Assembly (NCBI GenBank): GCA_017440665.1
Contig: JAFSGU010000073.1
Coordinates: forward strand, 1-57,365
DNA: 57,365 bases
DNA from: Clostridia bacterium
GTDB taxonomy: Bacteria; Bacillota; Clostridia; Oscillospirales; CAG-272
Direction of reading: 5' to 3'
Of the stretch, positions 28,015-35,480 are shown piece after piece. Position 1 is the stretch's first letter. Each line of letters opens with the position of its first letter. A model generated the notes under the pieces. It ran no database searches, was not told where the DNA came from, and saw nothing but the letters and a program-made list of their open reading frames with translations. The translations under genes and the position numbers were made by a program.

Positions 28015-30030
28015 ATGCCGTTTTTACCCGTTACACCTGAGGAAGTAAGAGAGAGAGGATATCAGCAGCCCGACTTCGTTTACGTATGCGGAGATGCCTA
28101 CGTTGATCACCCCTCCTTCGGCGCGGCTATAATCACCCGTGTTCTTGAAGAAGCGGGATTTTTATGCGCCGTACTCCCCCAGCCGGACTGGAGAAACACA
28201 GATGATTTCAAGCGCTTCGGCAGACCGAGACTCGGCTTTCTCGTTTCTTCGGGCAATATTGACTCCATGGTGGCGCATTACACCGCAGCGAAGCGCAAGA
28301 GAAACGATGATTACTACTCACCCGGAGGAGTTGCAGGCAAGCGTCCCGACCGCGCGCTTATCGTATACTGCAACCGCATCCGCGAGGCTTACGGTGACGT
28401 GCCGATACTTATCGGCGGACTTGAAGCGTCCCTCAGACGCTTTGCACATTACGACTACTGGTCGGACAAGGTGAGACGAAGCATCCTGATCGACTCCCGC
28501 GCTGACATACTTATGTACGGTATGGGTGAAAATACTATCGTGCGCCTTGCAAAGCTCCTTGACCGCGGAATCCCCGTAAAAAAGCTCCGCGACGTGAGAG
28601 GCACAGCATACGTGTGCAAGACAGCGGACGGAGTGGAAACACACTTTCCCGTTGACAGAGCGACTGATGAAGATCCTGCTCCCGGTTATGATTACGACGA
28701 ACTAAAGGAAAACCGTGAAGTATACGCCGAGGCGTTCAGACGTCAGTACAGAAATAATGATGCCGTCTACGGAAAAGCTATTATCGAGTACTACGGAGAC
28801 CGCGCGGTGGTGGTAAACCCGCCTATGCCTCCCCTTGAGAGAGAGGAGCTTGACCGCGTTTACGCCCTCCCCTTCATGCGTGACTATCATCCCATGTACG
28901 AAAAGGACGGAGGAGTCCCCGCGATCCGCGAGGTGAAATTCTCCATCACTCACAACAGAGGCTGCTTCGGCGGATGTAATTTCTGTGCGCTTGCGTTCCA
29001 TCAGGGACGTGCAGTACGTTCGAGAAGCATTGAGTCCGTAGTGGCAGAAGCAGAAAAGATCGCCGCAATGCCCGACTTCAAGGGATACATCCACGATGTT
29101 GGCGGTCCCACCGCAAACTTCCGTTATCCCGCTTGCGAAAAGCAGAAGGAGCACGGCGTTTGCCCCGACAGAAAGTGTCTCGCACCAAGACCCTGTAAGA
29201 ATCTTGTAGCGGACCAAAGCGAGTACGCCGAGCTGCTCCGCAGAGTTGAAGCTGTACCCGGTGTAAAGAAGGTGTTCGTCCGTTCGGGCATCCGCTTTGA
29301 CTACATGCTTTGCGACAGAGACAACACATTCTTCCGTCAGCTCGTGTCACGCCACGTAAGCGGACAGCTTAAGGTGGCGCCCGAGCATTGCTCCGACGCG
29401 GTGCTCCGCATGATGGGCAAGCCCTCTATCGGAACCTACGACCGTTTCAGAGAAAAATTCTTCGACTATTCAGCAGACGCGGGACTTGAGCAGTACCTTG
29501 TGCCTTACCTCATGTCAAGCCATCCCGGCAGCACCATGGACGATGCCGCAGAGCTTGCGCTGTATACCAAGAAGATAGGTCTTGCCCCCGAGCAGGTACA
29601 GGACTTTTATCCCACACCCGGTACTGCCTCCACAGTCATGTTTTATACAGGTATTGACCCCTTCACGGGCCGCGAGATATACACTCCCACCGACTACAGA
29701 GAAAAGCAGCTTCAGCGCGCCCTTCTGCAGTGGAGACGGAGAGAAAACCGACCGCTCATAAAAGAAGCTGAAAAGTATTGTACCGAGCGCGGTAAAAAGA
29801 TGCTGGCAGAGCTTCTTGAAGGAGCTCCCGTACAGAACAGCGGCAGCAAGAAGTCTCATAAGTCTGCGGGAGACAAAAACAAGGCGCAGAATAAAGACAA
29901 AAAACAGACTAAAAAGACTGATACACCCGACAAGCCACGCAAGGTGCGCGCTGACGAAAAGCGCGCAAAAGGCTGGGCGGTATCAAAGAAACCGAAAAAC
30001 GGCGCCAAAAAGGGCGTCAAAAAGAAATAA
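28015..30030 (+). CDS. ygiQ: YgiQ-family radical SAM protein with Lys-rich C-terminal tail
   Basis: CFGGCNFC radical-SAM cluster motif and N-terminal PFLPVTPEE...CGDAYVDHPSFG typical of UPF0313. GGAGGG RBS. Confidence 0.85.
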   Translation: MPFLPVTPEEVRERGYQQPDFVYVCGDAYVDHPSFGAAIITRVLEEAGFLCAVLPQPDWRNTDDFKRFGRPRLGFLVSSGNIDSMVAHYTAAKRKRNDDYYSPGGVAGKRPDRALIVYCNRIREAYGDVPILIGGLEASLRRFAHYDYWSDKVRRSILIDSRADILMYGMGENTIVRLAKLLDRGIPVKKLRDVRGTAYVCKTADGVETHFPVDRATDEDPAPGYDYDELKENREVYAEAFRRQYRNNDAVYGKAIIEYYGDRAVVVNPPMPPLEREELDRVYALPFMRDYHPMYEKDGGVPAIREVKFSITHNRGCFGGCNFCALAFHQGRAVRSRSIESVVAEAEKIAAMPDFKGYIHDVGGPTANFRYPACEKQKEHGVCPDRKCLAPRPCKNLVADQSEYAELLRRVEAVPGVKKVFVRSGIRFDYMLCDRDNTFFRQLVSRHVSGQLKVAPEHCSDAVLRMMGKPSIGTYDRFREKFFDYSADAGLEQYLVPYLMSSHPGSTMDDAAELALYTKKIGLAPEQVQDFYPTPGTASTVMFYTGIDPFTGREIYTPTDYREKQLQRALLQWRRRENRPLIKEAEKYCTERGKKMLAELLEGAPVQNSGSKKSHKSAGDKNKAQNKDKKQTKKTDTPDKPRKVRADEKRAKGWAVSKKPKNGAKKGVKKK

Positions 30031-30169
30031 CAAAGTCTGAAAACCACATTGGCTGCCCCGTCTGCAACACTACCGCAGATATGGTAACAACTTTCGTAAT
30101 AACTGTAATCCTTAGAAAGACCCATCTCAAGCGCCGAAGTTTCCTCGCTTCGCTCACCTCCTTGGCTGA

Positions 30170-30204
30170 TTCTTATCTTTTTTGCTTCGCAAAAAAGATA
30201 AGAA
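30170..30204. repeat. perfect 16-bp AT-rich inverted repeat with 3-nt loop
   Basis: ttcttatcttttttgc-ttc-gcaaaaaagataagaa. Confidence 0.85.
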
Positions 30205-30374
30205 AAGAAAACCAATAATTAGCGTGCTTTTTTCACATCATATTTTTGCTTTGCTAAAATTCTACTCATAGAAAAGCCACTTAGCTTTGCCAACATCGTT
30301 GGCAGTTTATCGGTACAAAAAATTAAATCGTCTGAAAAACGAAACACATCAAACCGAAAGGTACGGTAAAGAAT

Positions 30375-31754
30375 TTGAACACAGACAGAATTCCACGCAG
30401 AGTTCTCGGAACTTTGCTTTCCTCCGTATCCGCGGGAGTAGTTCCCCGTACGGGAGGACCGTATATAGCTATCGGCAGAGTGGACGAGATCGCATCCCTT
30501 GCTGATGACCTGAACCGCGTAGCCGACGGCGAGGGAGCGACCCGCTTCATCATCGGACGTTACGGCTCGGGTAAGAGCTTTCTTATACAGCTTATGCGCG
30601 GACATGCCGCAGATCGCGGATTCGTCACAGCCGACTGTGACCTTTCCCCCGAGAGACGTCTCAGCGGTCCCGGCGGTCTTGCTACGTACCGTGAGCTTAT
30701 CAGAAACCTCTCCTGCAAATCATCTCCCGACGGAGGTGCGCTCCCCGCTATCATCGGACGATGGTACTCCGGAGTTGCCGAGCGTGTTACCGCGTCGGGC
30801 ATCCCCCACACCTCCCCCGAGTTCTCCGCACGTGTCACATCGGAAATAATCGCAGACGCCCGCTCCCTTGAAGCAGGCGTGGGCGGATTCGACTTTGCAC
30901 TTGTGGTAAGCGAATACTGCAAGGCCTACGGCGAGGGGGATGACGCTAAGATGTCCGCGTGTCTGCGCTGGCTGAGAGGCGAGTACGGTACGAAGACCGA
31001 GGCAAGGGCTGCCATCGGCATCCGATCCCTCTCCGTTATAAACGACGTGAACTGGTACGACCACATGAAGCTCATCTGCGCTCTCGTGCGTAAGGTTGGC
31101 TACAAGGGCCTTTGTATATTCATCGACGAGGGAGTAAATCTTTACAAGATATCCAACCGCATTTCCCGCGAGGCGAATTACGAAAAGATACTCTCCATGT
31201 ACAACGATACCATGCAGGGTAAGGCTGAGGGACTTATGCTCATCTTCGGCGGAACACCCCAGTTTTTGGAGGACACCCGACGCGGACTTTTCAGTTACGA
31301 GGCACTACGCAGCCGTCTTTGCGACAGCAGATTTGTTTCGGGCGAAAACGGCGCTCCCCTTAAGAGCATGATGGGTCCCGTTATAAGACTGAAAAGGCTG
31401 TCCGACTCGGAGCTTTTGGCGCTTATGATGCGTCTCACCGCACTTCACTCCAAGTATCACGGAGTTGAAGCCCGAATCACCGACGACGAGATGGCGGAGT
31501 TTTTGAAGAATTCACTCTCCCGTGCAGGGGCTGAGGAAATGATCACTCCCCGTGAGATAATCAGAGATTACGTGTCTCTGCTGGATCTGCTGCTGCAGAA
31601 TCCCGACAAGTCCTATCGTGACATCGTAGGCAAAAAAACAGAGGTACCCGTTCAAGCTTCCACCGCGTCCGCAAGCTCACAAAACGATGAAACGCCACCT
31701 GCAAACGGCGGATATACACCGAGAAAAGTCACCATCGACGATATCGTATTTTGA
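30375..31754 (+). CDS. P-loop ATPase, BrxD/DUF2791-like
   Basis: Walker A GRYGSGKSF and Walker B-like LCIFIDEG. The N-terminal region before the P-loop resembles BrxC/BrxD-type ATPases. The only available start is TTG with a weak RBS. Confidence 0.6.
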   Translation: MNTDRIPRRVLGTLLSSVSAGVVPRTGGPYIAIGRVDEIASLADDLNRVADGEGATRFIIGRYGSGKSFLIQLMRGHAADRGFVTADCDLSPERRLSGPGGLATYRELIRNLSCKSSPDGGALPAIIGRWYSGVAERVTASGIPHTSPEFSARVTSEIIADARSLEAGVGGFDFALVVSEYCKAYGEGDDAKMSACLRWLRGEYGTKTEARAAIGIRSLSVINDVNWYDHMKLICALVRKVGYKGLCIFIDEGVNLYKISNRISREANYEKILSMYNDTMQGKAEGLMLIFGGTPQFLEDTRRGLFSYEALRSRLCDSRFVSGENGAPLKSMMGPVIRLKRLSDSELLALMMRLTALHSKYHGVEARITDDEMAEFLKNSLSRAGAEEMITPREIIRDYVSLLDLLLQNPDKSYRDIVGKKTEVPVQASTASASSQNDETPPANGGYTPRKVTIDDIVF

Positions 31755-31785
31755 TAAATATTAAATGATCAGAAAGGAGCGCGCC

Positions 31786-34053
31786 ATGACAGCCGAGCAG
31801 ATATTTTATTCCTACTCCCCATTTATCCGTGAGTTTATCTATTCCCGCGGATGGGAAACTCTTCATGAAATGCAGCTTGAAGCGGCGCGGGTTATCTTCA
31901 ACTCGGAAGATAATCTTCTCCTGTCCTCGTCAACCGCATCGGGAAAGACGGAAGCCGCTCTTTTCCCCATACTGTCACAGTTTCACGAGGATCCCCCCGC
32001 AACCTTCGGAGCTTTGTATATAGCTCCTCTTAAATCCCTTATTAACGACCAGTTTATGAGAATAACCGAGCTTTGCGACGGCGCTCATATTCCCGTATAT
32101 CATTGGCACGGTGACGTGGCGGCGTCTCACAAGAACCGTGCTCTCGACCGTCCTGCGGGACTTTTACAGATAACCCCCGAGTCTCTTGAAGCTATGCTCA
32201 TCCGCCGTCACAACGACCTGCCGCGGCTTTTCGGAGACCTCAGGTACGTGATAATCGATGAGATACACACCCTCACGGGCACCGACCGCGGAAATCAGAT
32301 AATATGCCAGCTTTCCCGTCTGTGCGAAGCCGCAGGTATAAACCCGAGACGCATCGGTCTTTCCGCTACTATCGGAGATCTTAGCATCGCGGCAGACTGG
32401 TTGTCGGCAGGTACGGGCAGAGACTCTGCCGTTCCGACGGCAACAAACAAAAGCATACGCATGCGTCTCGGAATGGAGCATTTCTTCATTAACAACGCTC
32501 CCGTATCCACCGAAGCCACGGACAACGTACGTCTTACCGTGGAAGGCACGGACGTCATTCCCGAGGAAGTATCCGAAGTCAAAACGGACAGCAAAGAGAC
32601 CTTCCACATTGACGACGGCTTTGAGTACGTATACGATTGCGTACGGGACAAAAAATCCCTTGTTTTCTCCAATTCACGAGAGGAAACGGAATACGTTACC
32701 GCTACTCTCCGTCAGATAGCGGACTACAGAGGTGAGGACGATATCTTCCTCATCCACCACGGAAACCTTTCCGCCGCCCTGAGAGAGGATGCGGAAATGA
32801 AAATGAAAGCAGAGGACGTTCACGCCGTCACCTGTGCCACCGTGACCCTTGAGCTTGGTGTTGACATCGGCAAGCTGGAGCGAGTGGTACAGATGGGTGC
32901 GCCCACAACGGTGTCCTCCTTCCTGCAAAGACTCGGACGCTCGGGCAGACGAGGTGACGTTTCGGAGATGATGATGGTCTTCCGCGAGGAAGAACCCCTT
33001 CCAAACGCACCTTTGCCCGCACTTATCCCATGGGAGCTTCTCCGCGCCATCGCGGTAGTACAGCTTTACATTGAAGAAAGGTTTATCGAGCCTCCTCGCA
33101 GAGTGAGATGTCCCTACAGCCTTCTTTTCCAGCAGACTCTTTCCACCCTTGCGGGAAGCGGAGCCATGACTCCCGCCCGACTTGCGTCAAAGATATTCGC
33201 CATGCCCCCCTTTGAATTTGTGGAAAAGGAAGACTATAAAACTCTGCTTTACCACATGATAGAAAACGACTACCTTGAAATGACCGACGAGGGCGAGCTC
33301 ATCGTAGGTCTCAAGGGAGAAAAGCTGACCTCATCATTCAAGTTTTTCGCGGTGTTCAAGGACAGCGAGGATTTCACGGTAAGATGTGAGTCCGAGGAAA
33401 TAGGCACCATCACCACCGCTCCCCCTGCAGGAGACCGTTTTGCTCTTGCGGGAAGAGTTTGGGAGGTGGAAGAATGTGACGTTGCCCGCCGTCTCGTATA
33501 CGTTCATCCCGTAAAGGGTAAAATGGAGGTGTCATGGCCGGGCGACTTCGGCGAGATACACACCCGTATACTTGAAAGAATGCGTCAGGTGCTGACGGAG
33601 GACGTGGAATACCCATACCTCAAACCCGACGCTTTGAAGAGACTTCGCACAGCCCGTGCCGTCGCCCGTAACACGGGAATGACCGCCCGTGACATGATAT
33701 GCATCGGCGGCTCCACCTGGGTATATTTCCCATGGCTCGGCACAAGAAGTTTTCGCACAATGCGCCGCTTCGTAGCAAAGAACGGTGCCGCCTTCGGACT
33801 TCACGATATGGAATTTGAAGGATGCTGCTACATGACTTTCAAGCTTGAACGCGGAGGCGGCGAGGCTTTACTAAAACATCTTGCAAAAATATCCCGTGAG
33901 GGAATTGATCCCGAGGATATCGTCGCTGTGAGCGAAGCCCCCGCCTTTAATAAATATGACCCATACCTGCCCCGTGAGCTGCTAAGACAGGCGTACATCC
34001 GCGACCGCCTCAGATGTGACGAGGTGGAAGCAAGACTGGCAAGGTATAGGTGA
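31786..34053 (+). CDS. Lhr-like SF2 (DEAD/DEAH-box) helicase
   Basis: Motif I STASGKTEA, II IIDEIH, III LSATIGD, VI QRLGRSGRRG, plus an extension of about 330 aa C-terminal to the helicase core. AAAGGAG RBS before ATG 31786. Confidence 0.8.
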   Translation: MTAEQIFYSYSPFIREFIYSRGWETLHEMQLEAARVIFNSEDNLLLSSSTASGKTEAALFPILSQFHEDPPATFGALYIAPLKSLINDQFMRITELCDGAHIPVYHWHGDVAASHKNRALDRPAGLLQITPESLEAMLIRRHNDLPRLFGDLRYVIIDEIHTLTGTDRGNQIICQLSRLCEAAGINPRRIGLSATIGDLSIAADWLSAGTGRDSAVPTATNKSIRMRLGMEHFFINNAPVSTEATDNVRLTVEGTDVIPEEVSEVKTDSKETFHIDDGFEYVYDCVRDKKSLVFSNSREETEYVTATLRQIADYRGEDDIFLIHHGNLSAALREDAEMKMKAEDVHAVTCATVTLELGVDIGKLERVVQMGAPTTVSSFLQRLGRSGRRGDVSEMMMVFREEEPLPNAPLPALIPWELLRAIAVVQLYIEERFIEPPRRVRCPYSLLFQQTLSTLAGSGAMTPARLASKIFAMPPFEFVEKEDYKTLLYHMIENDYLEMTDEGELIVGLKGEKLTSSFKFFAVFKDSEDFTVRCESEEIGTITTAPPAGDRFALAGRVWEVEECDVARRLVYVHPVKGKMEVSWPGDFGEIHTRILERMRQVLTEDVEYPYLKPDALKRLRTARAVARNTGMTARDMICIGGSTWVYFPWLGTRSFRTMRRFVAKNGAAFGLHDMEFEGCCYMTFKLERGGGEALLKHLAKISREGIDPEDIVAVSEAPAFNKYDPYLPRELLRQAYIRDRLRCDEVEARLARYR

Positions 34054-34159
34054 AGAGATAATGTATAAAGGATGCTGTAATCTCTCATCGAAAACAGTAG
34101 TCATATCGTAAACGATGTGGTGTTAGTAGCCGTAAAGATTTCTATTCCCTTTCGTTTTC

Positions 34160-34182
34160 GGGAGCACACAGTGCTCCCCTAC
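34160..34182 (-). repeat. REP-like hairpin; on the minus strand GTAG + 8-bp stem + TGT loop
   Basis: Plus strand gggagcac-aca-gtgctccc-ctac, ending 24 nt before the RAYT start codon. Confidence 0.65.
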
Positions 34183-34205
34183 AGAAATTATCATGGAGAT
34201 GCTGT

Positions 34206-34748
34206 ATGGGTAACGATAGTAACTTTCCAATAAGAAAAAATACCCGTCTCAAAAATTTTGATTACAGCAAGCCAGGTGCATACTTTTTGACAATATGTAC
34301 CAAGAATCGGCAGAATTATTTTTGGAACTGCGAAATTAATCCGCAAGAAATAACATGGATATCTGTAGGGACGAACTGTGTTCGTCCGCATGGTTTACCC
34401 TTATCCAAAATAGGCCAGCTTGTATTTGAGGAACTTGATGCTTGGCATACCATATATGAACCCGTTTCAATCCGCTCATTTGTTATAATGCCCGATCATA
34501 TTCACTTGATCGTTGCGATCTTGCCGAAAGATTCCGGACAACCACAGGTCGCTCCTACGGTTGAACGGATGGTTAAACAGTTCAAGGGTATGGTAACAAA
34601 ACGTGTTGGTTTTCCCATTTGGCAAAACTCTTTCTATGACCACATCATCAGAAACCCTGACGACTACCACGAATGTACCCAATATATCATTAACAATCCA
34701 CTGCGTTATTATTACCGGAAGCTTAGTTCACTCGAGGAAAACAAATGA
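34206..34748 (+). CDS. REP-associated tyrosine transposase (RAYT)/IS200-like Y1 transposase family protein
   Basis: HUH motif in VIMPDHIHLIV. C-terminal SFYDHIIRNPDDY...YIINNPLRYY carries the catalytic-Tyr region typical of COG1943-type proteins. Confidence 0.75.
   Translation: MGNDSNFPIRKNTRLKNFDYSKPGAYFLTICTKNRQNYFWNCEINPQEITWISVGTNCVRPHGLPLSKIGQLVFEELDAWHTIYEPVSIRSFVIMPDHIHLIVAILPKDSGQPQVAPTVERMVKQFKGMVTKRVGFPIWQNSFYDHIIRNPDDYHECTQYIINNPLRYYYRKLSSLEENK
34365..34387 (+). repeat. REP-like hairpin inside the RAYT coding sequence: GTAG + 8-bp stem + TGT loop
   Basis: gtag-ggacgaac-tgt-gttcgtcc encodes VGTNCVRP (codons 54-61). Inverted relative to 34160-34182. Confidence 0.65.
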
Positions 34749-35449
34749 AAATTCATTGTATTTGGGAACACAACGGGAACGATACCCTGCTTTATTCCAG
34801 GGATTATATCGGCGCGTTTACACGCGGCAGTTCCTTGGAAGAAGCACTTTCGAAAATGCCACAAGAGATACTCGCATACTCGCGCTGGATCGGTCAAAGC
34901 ATAACTGAGGATATCATTCCCATCGTTGCAGAAGAACACATATCTTCGCTTGATATTTGTGATGCTGATTCTGATGTGATTTTCGATTCAGAAAAACAAT
35001 CTTTAACGATGGAAGAATATCTGCATCTAAAGACTATAACTTTAAAATCCGCAGAAGATTTTTTGAAAATGCATGATTCCATATCAGACAAGCACTCAAG
35101 CTCGTTAAAACCTAAAAATACTTTTATCGGTCCGAGACCCAGAACAGCACACGAAATGTATGAGCATACAAAATGCGTAAACAGTTATTATTTCGGAGAA
35201 ATCGGCGTCTCTGTATCTAATGATGGTTCCATACTTCAGTGTAGAAAAAACGGTTTTGAACTTCTGGAAAAACAAACAGGGTTCTTGTCAAATACTGTTT
35301 TGACAGGCAGCTATGACGAAAAATGGTCGCTTAGAAAGGTCTTGCGTCGTTTCATTTGGCACGACAGAATACACGGAAAAGCTATGTATAGAATGGCAAC
35401 TCTCACATTCGGTAAAAATTCCGTGGATAATACGTTCGGTTTTAACTGA
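34745..35449 (+). CDS. hypothetical protein: HicB-like N-terminal fold fused to a DinB-like helical domain (tentative)
   Basis: ATGA overlap with the RAYT stop. N-terminus [33 protein letters not shown] resembles UPF0150/HicB. C-terminus [16 protein letters not shown] resembles DinB-type His motifs. Confidence 0.45.
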   Translation: MKIHCIWEHNGNDTLLYSRDYIGAFTRGSSLEEALSKMPQEILAYSRWIGQSITEDIIPIVAEEHISSLDICDADSDVIFDSEKQSLTMEEYLHLKTITLKSAEDFLKMHDSISDKHSSSLKPKNTFIGPRPRTAHEMYEHTKCVNSYYFGEIGVSVSNDGSILQCRKNGFELLEKQTGFLSNTVLTGSYDEKWSLRKVLRRFIWHDRIHGKAMYRMATLTFGKNSVDNTFGFN

Positions 35450-35480
35450 TAAATCCCCCCATAACAAATCGGAGTTAAAA

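Noticed and set aside
30151-30166. 16S rRNA 3'-end-like string (gctcacctcctt)
   Set aside because: It is an isolated 12-mer with no surrounding rRNA-like sequence. I treat it as coincidental.
30219-30605. 128-aa minus-strand ORF overlapping the start of the BrxD-like gene
   Set aside because: It has no RBS and no motifs, and it overlaps a better-supported gene. It spans the AT-rich gap. I judge it non-coding.
28015-35449. Complete BREX or Shango defence system
   Set aside because: Only the ATPase and helicase are present. No PglX-like methyltransferase, PglZ phosphatase, PglW kinase, BrxA/B/C/L or TerB-domain ORF is visible in the window, so a canonical system cannot be called.
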